The notes: a model not told the origin generated them from the letters alone. A stretch of DNA of 33,000 nucleotides from Octopus bimaculoides (GCF_001194135.2 NC_068992.1:10516202-10549201); one strand, 5' to 3'; shown: positions 11,237 through 23,095, counted from the stretch's first letter. Numbers and translations are program-made.

Positions 11237-12689
11237 ATATATCCATATATACATACATAGAAATACACATACATATAATATATAACTACACATCTGTGTA
11301 AATGAAGTCTGGACTGACTAGTTTGAACTGCCATGGAGATGTGTAAGCAGTAATAATGAAGTCTGCATGATATGTAATAGGATTTACATCCATTATATAA
11401 GACCTTCTTCAGTTAAAACGTTTCAAAATACAGGAAGTTCTTATGGCATGATTGTATTTCCTATTATATGTATTATGCAAATCTGAAATGTGTATATTAA
11501 ATGATTTCAAAATACTTCTGTTTGGTTTGACTTGCTTATTACTATTTACACAACTTGATGCCAGTTGCCAGTACAAACTAACCAGTCAAGACTCCATTCA
11601 CGTGGATACTCTAACAACAATTTGGAGTAGTTTCTTAGATTTGACTCAAAGTTGAAAGTTCTGGTTACTGTACACTGCTTCTTAGCATAACACGAAATAT
11701 ATATATACACACTCACATGTATACATATTTATAATAAAATTATCAAAACAGTGTCATTATGTGTGAATGTGTATAAGGCAAATCATATACAGCATGTTTA
11801 ATTATGATACATTTACTCATACTGTGAAAATATAACTTGTGAATAAACTGCAGCATCTTTGGCAGGTGAGATTGAGTATCATGAACATATATTATGTTTT
11901 CACACCAAGAATCAAGATGTGTTTTTATTAAACACATTGTATATAATTTCTACAATCACAAACACACATGCATATGCATAATAATACATATCTATATACA
12001 TGTGAGTGTGTGTGTGTGTGTGTGTGATCATGTGTGTACTACTGCTACCATTTGTATTAGGCTGTGTATCAGTGGCATGTTATCCAGCAGGTTACAGAAT
12101 TCTTTGAGATGAAAGCTAAATTAATTAATTATATTATATTATTTTTATTTTGCATGTATATTTTGAAAAATACGGCGAAACGTAATTCTTTGAAATTTCT
12201 AGAAATTAGCAGTAACAGCAAACAGCATTAGAAATAATTATCTAAAATTAGGACTTAAAAACAATAGACATATTTAAAATTGTAATCTACATTTAACATT
12301 TCTAAAGAAACATTATTTTAGAAAATATAAAATTGTAGTTTAGTAATGGTAAAATTGGATATGAGCTAGAAATATTCTCTGAATTACCAAACTTCATTCT
12401 TGGTAACTGTGGTCTTTTCACAATACCCACCCCATTATTTAAATGATTTTTTCCTTCTTACCTGCATGATGGAGTCACCCACCTACTTCTACTCACTTTG
12501 TGACTTGTGAAACTACCTGCGCACCTCCTCACCATTATCCATCTCTTTGCAGTTCTAACTGATAATTTCTCTGTCCTCTTACCTCTCTTCTCCTATTAAA
12601 TGTGTGTATCCATGCAGATCCAATGCAAGAACTTGCCCCCTCGTCCCCTAGCTTGGAGCTTACCTCCACATCCACCTGGGTTCATAGTC

Positions 12690-13080
12690 CTGTAAGCTGC
12701 ATGGTGACTTCAATAGTGCTACTGACATAAGAAAAGCACCTAGTCTATGTTGTAAAGTGATTGGCATTAGGAAGGGCATTCAGCCATGAGAACCATGCCA
12801 AAACAGACATCGGAGCACAATGCAGCCCCTGGTCTATATCTGGTTTGACATCACATGTTTGTTGTAAAGAAGTGCCATTATCATACAAGCAGAATCCTTC
12901 ATTTCTTCATTTTCTGTTTGCAGTGAAAAATATGTTTGGCCGCGAGGAAAGGTTTCCTTATTTGGATGCAAGTAAAGGCTGGCAACAGGATGGGCATCCA
13001 GCTTTAGAAAATCTCCCTCAGTAAATTCTGTCCAGTACATACAGCTATTCAAATGTGGACATGAAAACGATGATGATGAG
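12690..13080 (+). mobile_element. Two decayed RTE-tail-type repeat fragments
   Basis: Two TTGGCATTAGGAAGGGCAT-like / CAGGATGGGCATCCAGC blocks; the second ends ATGTGGACATGAAAACGATGATGATG like 5880-5915 and 29935-29973. Confidence 0.65.
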
Positions 13081-13090
13081 GAGGAGGACG

Positions 13091-13360
13091 TTCATATTTA
13101 TCATACCTAGAGCAAACTTATTGACCTCATTCTTAATCTCATGCTATACACCTTGCAGATTTATCTTTTTTAGATCCTTCTATTCAGGTAATGTTTTAAC
13201 TTCCTTCCAAGAAATCGTTTTGTTGGAATGTATTAGGCTGTCTATCACCATTCATACAGTTCCATGCTAGTCTTTGATTATGATATCTGGGTGATTCATA
13301 TTCATCTCATATTGTTAGTCTGTCATGACTTCAGGGGATAGTAGCCATGACAATGTAACA
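13091..13360 (-). mobile_element. R4/Dong-type non-LTR retrotransposon relic (restriction-like endonuclease region)
   Basis: VMTD*QYEMNMNHPDIIIKD*HGTV*MVIDSLIHSNKTISWKEVKTLPE*KDLK...FALGMI follows the REL pattern TD....NRPDIVI.D......ID...P.D.NI..KE.EK..KY.DL...GALG. Confidence 0.7.
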
Positions 13361-14343
13361 TACCAAGTTTAGTGTATTCTCAGTGTTGTTTGTTTCTTTT
13401 TTTTCTTTTTTTTTTTGAAATGTGGAAATCTACATATTTTGCCCACATGAAAAAAAATCTAATGTAAAGACTTGTCAGTTTGAACTAACATGGATGACTG
13501 CTTCATTATGATAATAAAATCTTCAGCTGATGTTAGCCTTTGCATAATTCTTTCTTTGGCTCATTGTTTTATTTGATAAGTTTTTTTTTTTCTGTGGCTA
13601 AACATTGGTCTTGTGCATTTAAATCCAAACCGTTTATTTCTACCAGTAGTTCAAATCTTTTGAGCAGTTATTAACTTTCCTCTTGGTTCTTCGTTGTCCA
13701 AATTTGTAAGACACTGACCATGGAGAGGTTTCTCCCCCCCACCCGCCATTTAAGATTTTGCAGTATTTTTGAAGTTCCATTTCGATTTTATCTTTTGACA
13801 TATTCTTTTAACTTTTTCTTTGATTTTGTTCTTAATTAAATCTTTTCTAATTAGCTTTTACTTTGTAATTTCTTTACACTTCAAATATCTTGAGAAAAAA
13901 ATTGTTTTCTTGTTGCATTATTATTATCATTAATATCATTATTATAATTTTTACTCCTACTACTACTACCACTACTACTACTGTTATTATTATACTAACC
14001 AGTCTGCTTTTGCTGGCTTCCAAGTAATTTTCCTAATTTGTTTATGGTTACCTCTAATAGTTTTTTTTTTATTTATTTATACTAGTCCCCTCCCTCCTGA
14101 CTGCATGGTAGGTATATTCTATCTCTGTTAGTATTAGGATGACAGGTTCAAAATTTAGTGTGTAGTTTTCTAGTTTTCTTAGTTATTTATGATGCTGAAA
14201 CTGTAGTTTATTATAGAGATGTATTGTATATTTGTACCTAGAATCTATTTTGTTAATTAATCTTTAATTATTTTCTTACATTTCTGTATGTTGTATCGTA
14301 TCAGTTTTAAATACTTTTAAACAGTTGTGGAGATAGCTTTGAC

Positions 14344-14464
14344 TTGATAACAGTAATAATGAAGTTAATGGCTCCTAAAATAAATGAAATACCTGATAAA
14401 TGTAGAGAAGAAATGGCTAAGTCAACAAAAGGTCCAACGTGGGCTAAATTTCTTGAAAGGAGAC
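14344..14464 (-). pseudogene. COX1: NUMT: nuclear copy of a mitochondrial cytochrome c oxidase subunit 1 fragment
   Basis: In the invertebrate mitochondrial code it reads [39 protein letters not shown] versus the conserved COX1 motif [38 protein letters not shown]. Several substitutions at invariant sites; no flanking mitochondrial context. Confidence 0.9.
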
Positions 14465-14479
14465 AAAGGTGCGGATAAT

Positions 14480-14790
14480 TTTTGACTTCCCTTCACAGAT
14501 GTCAATATTTTGCATAGACTAATTATTGGTCTATAATTCTAATGGTCTCCAGTATTTTTAATTTGATGAATTAACATTGCTTCTCTCTCTCATAAGCAGT
14601 CAGATGCTGATCCCAGCTTCATTAGGAATTCATTGAAACCTGCAGCTACAACTTCATGTGTACTGGTTAAATACTTTTAACCAGGATTTGGGTGCTTTAT
14701 CAGTAGCAGAGTCTGGCAGTTACTTGTGGTCTTGATTGCTGAAATTCCCTTCATGTTGTGCTATGCTGGTGATGTTATTGCTTTTTCCTT
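14480..14790 (-). mobile_element. Decayed CR1/L2-group LINE ORF2 relic with internal deletion
   Basis: MKGISAIK...STHEVVAAGFNEFLMKLG resembles WKGI..II...EIA..FN.FF..IG, followed by AMLIHQIKNTGDH*NYRPIISL matching the RT-entry motif K.GD...NYRPISL. Confidence 0.6.
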
Positions 14791-14819
14791 CCCTTTCTCT
14801 TATTCCTTTTCATTTTAGA

Positions 14820-14852
<33 letters not shown>

Positions 14853-16379
14853 TAGTGTCATTAGCATAAAAAGAGAAAGATATTGGAATGTCTTCTTATA
14901 TAACATTACTGTAAGTAACATCACTTTATTTAATGCAGGTACTTCTTTAACTGAAGTTATATTTTATTATAGAATAAAAAAGAGATATTTTTTTATGATT
15001 TGACAGAGATTTCAAGTTTTCATGATCAAACATAGATCAGAATTTTCACGTGTGATTAACCCCTGTATGACAGAAAATATCATTTATTTATCCAAAGGTT
15101 AGCATTTATAAATTTTATATTTCTCCATTTTTATATTTTTATATAAAAAATTTCTATATATGTCTATTTGTAATCTTTTTTTATTTTTTGCTGACAGCAA
15201 ACTTTTAGAATTTTTAATTTTCATGGTCACAATTATATCAGAATTTCCAAACTTAGTGAGAACCTGAAAATTTTCATGATTTTTCCAATATTATATAAAG
15301 TCTTACAACCATTCAAGACTTACATTTCATGTCTAAAAACACTTCAGAGATAACTGCTTTTATCATGCAGCATCCATTAAAATATTCTTAGTAACATGGA
15401 ATTTTGAAATTTTCTTATTTGTAGAAACCTGTTAGAATTTGTAAATTTTGTTCATTTTCAAATATAGTATAAATTCTCATAGCTCCTGGCCATTTCTTAG
15501 TTTGGCACCAGATACCCTTGATTGATCATTTTCATACCGTCATACCTATTACATATATCAAACATAATTTTCATGCTTTTAAATGTGTGAACTTTTGGAA
15601 TTTTTCTGACCACAGTCTTGTACGAATTTGCAAATTTTCCTCATTTAGCAATGTGATAGAATTTGATAGGATTTCTCAAGATTCCTACAGCAAAGTAGAT
15701 TATTTAATGAGTCTGTGCACTGCCGCAGTACCAATTTAATGATTTCTGACAAATGTTTTCACTTTATACTCGAAAAGTTTTGGTGTATTTTGTCCATATA
15801 AATTCAAAAATTTTGATAATGTCAGTGTTCTTTGAAATTTGAAAATGTTAACATAACTAGAAACATGAAAGCTATGTATTTGAAATGTTATGCTACCTAA
15901 ATAATCATCTACTTGCAGACTTATCAGACATGAAATTTATTATATTTCTTTGATCATGATTATTTGAAACTTGTGATTGCAGCAGAGGCAGCAAAACTGG
16001 AAAAAAAAAAGAAAAAAATGAACATCTTAGCAAACATGAATATCATGATTTCTACTAGCTTTACTATCATGTCATATGTGCTCTTGTGAATTCTGAAAAT
16101 TGCTCTATAAATCTGATTAAAATATTTAGAAAGTATGACATGTCAACAATATGAAAGATTGACCTTTTAGCAAATGTTAATAATAAAGTACATACCTGGT
16201 TTCTCCTGATTAAGACATTAAACAGAGTCTAGTTGTAAAGCATCAGCTTAAGAATTCAGGAGTTTTGTAGAGTATAGAGACATACTTGAGTTATCACTAA
16301 TCTCATGTCCACTTTGGCCCAGTTTGGTAATACCTGTTAAGGGCCTTAGTTAAGAATCAAATAGAAGATGTGCCTCTGG

Positions 16380-17095
16380 CTAAGGTATTCAGGGCTTGAA
16401 TTAGAGTTGGCCCCTAGACATGCATCACATCCGACCACTGGTTTGAAAACATGCTCTGATATCACATGACCCGGCTCCACTTCTCCTGCCAAAGAGTAAA
16501 ATGGGCCCTGTACTTCAAGAGTAAACCTAGGAGAGTAGGGAATTAGTAAACTGTAAATAAATGCAAACTACATTACCATGTCAAAGGTACACATGTCTGT
16601 GGAGTGCTCAGCCATTTGCATGTTAATTTCATGAGCAGGAGTGGCCGTGTGGTAAGTAGCTTGCTTACCAACCACATGGTTCCGGGTTCAGTCCCACTGC
16701 GTGGCACCTTGAGCAAGTGTCTTCTACTATAGCCTCGGGCCAACCAAAGCCTTGCGAGTGGATTTGGTAGACAGAAACTGAAAGAAGCCCATCATATATA
16801 TGTATATATGTATGTGTGTGTATATGTTTGTGTCTCTGTGTTTGTCCCCCCAACATCGCTTGACAACCGATGCTGGTGTGTTTATGTCCCCGTAACTTAG
16901 CGGTTCGGCAAAAGAGAATGATAGAATAAGTACTAGGCTTCCAAAGAATAAGTCCCGGGGTCGATTTTCTCGACTAAAGGCAGTGCTCCAGCATGGCCAC
17001 AGTCAAATGACTGAAGCAAGTAAAAGTGAGGCTGTTCTGTTGATTGGTTCAATAAGAATACACATCATTATAACCAACAGAATGCCACTTAGATC
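16380..17095 (+). mobile_element. Older SINE-like repeat split by a younger SINE insertion
   Basis: GGTACACATGTCTGTGGAGTGCTCAGCCATTTGCATGTTAATTTCATGAGCAG (to 16638) continues as GCTGTTCTGTTGATTGG (17031 on); I recognise the joined string as a common octopus repeat (from memory, not searched). Confidence 0.55.
16635..17026 (+). mobile_element. Young full-length SINE copy
   Basis: Near-identical to 31071-31482 and 9972-10368, with A/B-box-like head, short central microsatellite and AAGTAAAAG tail. Confidence 0.95.
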
Positions 17096-18089
17096 GTTAC
17101 ATAAATAATTTCTTTTGGCATTTGATTGTGATAGTATTTTGAGATTTTGAAAATTTGAGAATTCCAGCAGGTTAACAATTATGAAGAATTTATAAGTTTA
17201 ATTGTTAACTAACATTTAACGTATTTTAACTCACACAGTGTTATTCAAATGATTTATGATAAGTGTTTTTGTCAAACTTAAACATTTTTTTAAACAATGC
17301 AAAAGTGTTAAATGGTGAATATTACAACAAACCTATAGTTATTAACAATGGAATTTTTTGTCAAGAAGCAGGATAATTATTAAATTATAAGTGCACCAGA
17401 TGCATCTGTGACAATTTTGTACTAATTTGATGTAAAAATAATCACATAACAGTGATTATGAACATTTGAAAATCTTCATTGATATTTGTTAAAATTTTGA
17501 TTATGAACAGTACTTCTATTATTTCTTAAATAATTATGTCTTCTTGCTTTTGGTGCCATCAAAGTTAAATATGTTTAATAACTCAAATTAGCATTTTAAA
17601 ATCCTTATAGGCCTGCTGTCATTCATAAAGAAACATTTTGACATATTAACAAACATGAAAATTGCAAAGGGTAACCACACCAAGGTCCTTAAACAGTCTT
17701 TACTTACAGCTTAAGAAGAGATGTGTTTGTAATAATGAAATTTTAAAGAATTCTGACAGCTCTCTTGTTATTAGAAATTAATAATTTTGACATCAGTAAT
17801 CACGAAAATTAGGAATTGGAACTGTTCCAATGTCAGAAAAATAATGAATTCTGACAGGATTGAGTTCATCAACTTTAAAACTTATAATTACAATTATCAA
17901 ATTTTCAGAATTTTGACAGATTAGCAATCATAAGAAACCGAAATGCGCAATATATGAGCACATATGCAAACAATGGATATTGACTAAACTAGTGTCACAT
18001 AGTAGCCTCCGATAGATATTTACTCATCAAAACAGTAAATTACAACATGTTGGTGAGAATAAAAATGTCATTAAGCTAATAAATTTCAT

Positions 18090-18325
18090 TGTTGTCATCA
18101 ACATCATCAACATCACTATTTAACATCCATTTTCTAACCGGGAATGGGCTGGACAGTTTGACAGGATCTGATGAGCCACAAGGCCACACTGAGCTCCAGT
18201 GTCTACTTTGGCATGGTTTCTATGGTTGCATGCTCTTCCTGATGCCAATCTCTTTACTGCATAGACTGGGTGCTTTTTTTCATGGCACAAATACTAATAA
18301 GGTCAGCAAATAACTTGCAAGATAT
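18090..18325 (-). mobile_element. Decayed RTE-tail-type repeat
   Basis: Reverse complement contains GGCATCAGGAAGAGCATGCAACCATAGAAACCATGCCAAAG and ends in ATGGATGTTAAATAGTGATGTTGATG. Confidence 0.6.
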
Positions 18326-18361
18326 GAAAAGAACAAGATATAGGAAAAGACTTCTCTAGCT

Positions 18362-18760
18362 ATAGGCGCAGGAGTGGCTGTGTGGTAGGTAGCTTGCTTA
18401 CCAACTGCATGGTCCTAGGTTCAGTCCCACTGCATGGCACCTTGGGCAAGTGTCTTCTACTACAGCTTCAGCTTGACCAAAGCCTTGTGTGTAGATTTGG
18501 TAGATGGAAACTGAAAGAGGCCTGTGTGTATGCCTGTGTTTGACACCCACCCACCCAGACATGCACAATTGCTTTACAACTGGTGCTGGCTTCTTTACCT
18601 CCCCATAACTTACCAATTCAGCTAAAAGAGACTGATAGACTAAGTATCAGGCTTTAAATAATGTAAAAAAAAATAGTTCAGGAGTTGATTTGTTTGATTA
18701 AACCCTTCAAGACAGTGCTCCAGAATGGCTACAGCCTAACGACTGGAACAAGTAAAATAT
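18362..18760 (+). mobile_element. Older diverged full-length SINE copy
   Basis: Head TATAGGCGCAGGAGTGGCTGTGTGG, CORE-like block and GTGCTCCAGAATGGCTACAG 3' end, with many CpG-to-TpG/CpA changes relative to the young copies. Confidence 0.88.
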
Positions 18761-19011
18761 GAAACATGTAAGAAGGTTTTTCTGAGAATATAAAGTCACA
18801 AGTGAAGCATGACAAAAGTAGACAATTCTGAGACTGTTTGAGTCATGCAAAGTAAACTTTGATTACTTGCAGAAATTTATATAAAACCTGAAGAATTATG
18901 AACACACACACAAATTCTAATAGTTTGATATTCATTACATACTGTAATTTGGTAATTTGGTAGGAATAGTGACAGCTTGGTGAATAGGGACTAAAAGATG
19001 AAAATTGAGAA

Positions 19012-19125
19012 GCTACTGTCAACATGGTAAGATCTCTAGTCTAGTGATTGATTTGATGCTCCTGGATGATAATGAATTGGTGAGATCGATCTACAGACCA
19101 GAGACATTACTATGCTGACATTAGC
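19012..19125. mobile_element. Short degenerate inverted-repeat element (MITE-like hairpin)
   Basis: Left GCTACTGTCAACATGGTAAGATCTCTAGTCTAGTGATTGATT imperfectly pairs with right GATCGATCTACAGACCAGAGACATTACTATGCTGACATTAGC over about 40 bp. Confidence 0.5.
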
Positions 19126-20109
19126 ATTTTGATTTTCTTTCTTAACCCTACTCATCAAGTAATCCCTATTCCATCCAAATCATGGTACTTCAAAATTTTG
19201 TTTAGGCGTTAACAGAAAATAAATTCTTGTATTTACTTGGTTGAGAATAATGATAATTATCAGTGCACAGTATTTATAAAATAAGGTAAAAATCCTTAAA
19301 TAATTGTAAGATTTTATAAATTATTAAAATATTCAAGTTTTCAAAAGTCTGCAGTGATGAAAAATTATAAAGTATATCATAACAAATAGTATTACATCTA
19401 TGTTGAAATGATAAATTCTAACATATTTGCAGCAAAGAAAATGACAAATCGTGAGTAATTTTGAATGTGACATATATAAAAAAACTTTCCAAATTCTAAA
19501 AGTTTATGAAAAATTGTAACATTTCACAAATCTAAGAACAAAATATTCATGCTTTCTATTAAGTATAGTTTAATGAAAATGATCAATTCTGACATGACTT
19601 CAGGCAAGAAAAGTAAAGATCATGAGAAATTATAAGAATTTTTATCAGATTTAAAAAAAAATTATCATTAACATTTGGAAATTCTCCTCAGTACATAGCA
19701 ATAAAGAATCAAAATGTTTGTGTATATAGTAACAAGAAAACTATGTATACTAATAGGTGTAGTGCAGTCAAATTCTTACATATGTATGATGCTATGAAAT
19801 TGAAAAATCAGGAGTAATTCTGAGAATTTATTTGCAAATTATTAAAATATGGTAATTCTGAATGGTCTACTTGCTGTCATGGAAAATTTCAAAATTTCAC
19901 TTATTTCACATTTTCATTATGGTTTCGTAAAAATGTTTATTTCTAATGTGTAAATGGCAACAGAAATGAGGAATTTTGACTCCTCCTCCTCCTCCTCATC
20001 ATCATCACCAGAGTATACTGGTTGTGTTTTATTGTGATACATTTGAGGGGTTGCTCTTTTCCTACAAGACTGAGAAATCCTCTTTTACTTAATGTGATCC
20101 CTACTTTTT

Positions 20110-20760
20110 AAAGGGAAACATAACCAAATGTATAAATAGAGGAGTTGGTGATAACTAAGACTGTGAAAAGAAGAGTGTGTATAAACAGCAGTGCAGCATG
20201 GGGTAGGAGGGAACAGTTATGGGGATGGTAGGAGAAGGGGGAAAAGGAAGAGAGACAGTGATAGTAATACATTGAGATTTGGTAGGAGGTTGAATAGGAA
20301 AATGACACAAACAGCTTGATAGGATAGCAGTAAAGATGTACCATGGCAAGAGTGAGTGAGTGAGGGATAGCAACAGAGATGGTAATGGTAAGAGTGATAG
20401 GGGAGGGGTAATGCAAGAGACATGGTAACAGCTATATTTTGGTTGTTGGTAGAAAGTTCAATAGAAATCAACAAAGGCAGTGCGACAGGGTAGCAATAAA
20501 GATGTATAATTGGAAGAGGATAGAAATGAAAGCCAGCAATAGAGACTGTGGAGAGGAGAGTGGTACATGTTGACTAAGAGTCACTATGGAGGGGAGAGAA
20601 AATGAGAGTTAGAAGGTGATAGAAGTGTGTACTAAATATGGAATAATCCAATGTCATCCCTCATTACACAAGTGTCATGATGAAGTGAGGAAAGGTTTAG
20701 TGATAGGGTGAGAATGGCGAGGGGGAGAGGTAAAATGATAACGATAATGATTGATGATGG
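20110..20760 (-). mobile_element. Purine-skewed block, possibly a decayed LINE 3' region
   Basis: Strong G+A skew on the + strand against the AT-rich flanks; minus translation HPHNCSLL...NSSIYTFGYVSL*K weakly recalls the HP..V.LP...NSLP..F..Y.L..FK LINE ending. Confidence 0.25.
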
Positions 20761-21305
20761 AAATGCTGAGTAGACAGATCAAATGCTATGCCTCATTACA
20801 TTGTGCATATCTAAGAATATGAAACCTATATATCCTGATAAGTGCAGTACAATGGAATAGGTCAATTTAAACACGTATCTGAAACAATAATTAAACATTT
20901 TGTCTAATTGTAATCATTAATATCATGTTATTAATTAAGACAATTGATAATGCATTTAAAAACTCATTAAAAGTCGCACATTTGTTAATTATATGAATTC
21001 CATATATTATTTTATGTTCTGAAATGTGCTGAAAATGAAGTTTCTGATATGCTATATTGTACTAAAAGCAAAAAAATAAAAAATAAAAAAATAAAAACAG
21101 AAAGCACAATACATTTTCACACCATGTTTTTTGGCATACAAGTCAAAAATTTCAGACAAAATTTACAGCCAAAAAGGGCAAGGTCGACTTATACACCAAG
21201 ATGTCTTTGGAGGACCACTACATAGTGTTTATGTATATATCTGGTAGGAAACAAAGTTCTTGCACAACATTTATTAACAATGATATATAGTGAAGCAATG
21301 CAGTT

Positions 21306-21369
21306 AAAAGCACATATCAAACAATAAAAAGCACATATCAAACAGTAAAAATCACATGTCAAGCAAATA
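21306..21369. repeat. 21 bp tandem repeat x3 (AAAAGCACATATCAAACAATA)
   Basis: Units start at 21306, 21327 and 21348; the third is diverged. Confidence 0.85.
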
Positions 21370-21384
21370 ATTGAGAATAATGGT

Positions 21385-21716
21385 GAGTTTCTACAGCTGG
21401 ATGCCCTTCCTAACGCCAACCACTCCGAGAGTGTAGTGGGTGCTTTTACGTGCCACCGGCATGAAGGCCAGTCAGGTGGTACTGGCAACGGCCACGCTCA
21501 AAATGGTGTATTTTATGTGCCACCTGCACAGGAGCCAGTCCAGCGACACTGGCAATGATCTCGCTCGAATGTCTTTACACATGCCAGGTAGGCGACGCTG
21601 GGCACAGGTGCCATCACGATTTCGCTTTTGCTTGCCCCAACAGGTCTTCACAAGCCGAGTTTTGTGTCCAATGAAGGAGACGACGTTGGCATGGGTGCCA
21701 GTTGTCGAAAGAATTT
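21385..21716 (-). mobile_element. RTE 3' UTR / RTE-tailed repeat copy
   Basis: 21385-21560 is the reverse complement homologue of 29707-29862 (CACGTAAAAGCACCCACTACACTCTC.GAGTGGTTGGCGTTAGGAAGGGCATCCAGCTGTAGAAACTC); CpG-rich. Confidence 0.9.
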
Positions 21717-22131
21717 GAAACTTATGTTCTACTAGTCACATCACAATAAAACTGGGTGATTTGAGATATGCATCTGAAATAAGAATTTTGAATTTTCAGT
21801 AACTGTGTGAATTTGTATCATGTTTGAAGGAATTCAAAGGATGAAAATCTTGACAGGTCTGTGATTATGGAAAAATATCCAAATTCCTTGCGCTTGAGAA
21901 TATGTAATCTAATGAATGTAATGAAAATAAGAAACAACTGTAGTATGTCTATACTTATATTTGAAACCACCCAAAATTTGTAAATTCTGACAAGATTCAG
22001 AATTATGAAGCGTACCAAAATTTTCTATTGCAAAAATACAAAAGCTATATATCCAAAGAGGTACCATGTGATAAAAATGATATATTATGACATGTTTTGA
22101 GCAACAAAAAGGAAATACTCTGAGTAGTTAT

Positions 22132-22615
22132 CTTTTATTTTTTACTTGTTTCTGTCATTGGACTGTGGTCATGCTGGGGCACCATCTCAAAAGGTTTAAT
22201 CAAACAAATTGATCCCAGTACTTAGCTTTCTTCTTCTTCTTCTTCTTCTTCTTCTTCTTCTTCTTCTTCTTCTCCCCCCCCTCTCTCTCCTTTTCTGGCT
22301 GGGTAACCACGTACCTCCTCTACAGCAGGATATCTGTTTCTGTCTCTGTCATCACACTTTAACCTTTCATCATCAGACAAAAGATCACCTCCTCCATTGT
22401 CTCCTCCCCTCTCAAAGATTCCTTGTCTTGTAAAGTTACTTGATGACCCTGCCACTTAAAAAGCACCCAGTCCATGGTTGGCATTTGGAAGAGCATCCAG
22501 CTGTAAAAACCAAAATGGTATGGTAAAAAGACACTTGCCCAAGATGCTGTGCATTGGAATGGAACTCAAAACCATGTAGTTGCAAAGGAAACTTTTTTAA
22601 TCACTCAGCTATGTT
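22132..22615 (-). mobile_element. Old SINE (3' end 22132-22225, head 22520-22615) with an opposite-strand RTE-tail repeat (22285-22520) and (TTC)n between the halves
   Basis: TTTACTTGTTTCTGTCATTGGACTGTGGTCATGCTGGGGCACC is the reverse complement of the SINE end; AAGACACTTGCCCAAGATG is the reverse complement of the CORE-like block; the middle has AAAAGCACCCAGTCCATGGTTGGCATTTGGAAGAGCATCCAGCTG. Confidence 0.7.
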
Positions 22616-23095
22616 TGGAATTAACTCTTTCGTCTGCACTACTTGCCAACAGAATTTTGTCCTTTAGCAAGGCAAGAAGTCAAAAACTTCAAGAATTCTT
22701 GCTAACAATAATGTAATGTAAAGTAAGATATATATGCATGCATGTGTGTGTGTATATATATATATATAATATATATATGTGTGTGTGTGTGTGGTTAAGT
22801 CGAGTCGTAGACTTGTAGAAGCATTTAGTAGATTTGAGAAACAAATGGACAAATGTCAGTCTGTAAAGACTTAATTGCTTTGCAGATAGCATCTACAAGA
22901 GGAGGAATTGAAGCAACCCACTGAAACCAAATGAAACACTCATTAATTTTATAGTGCTCCAAGTTCTTCAACTGTAAATTACACTGACCCTGCAATTGAT
23001 TGGTGAACTTAGAAAGATAAGTTTCTTAACATAAGATATGATGCTGTACTGATGAGAGGATATGAGATGCCAACCTCTTGATTGAATATCCAATG

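Noticed and set aside
16286-16333. 48 nt splice-bounded minus-strand frame (G)ITKLGQSGHEISDNS
   Set aside because: Short frames between AG and GT arise often by chance; no homology or partner exon.
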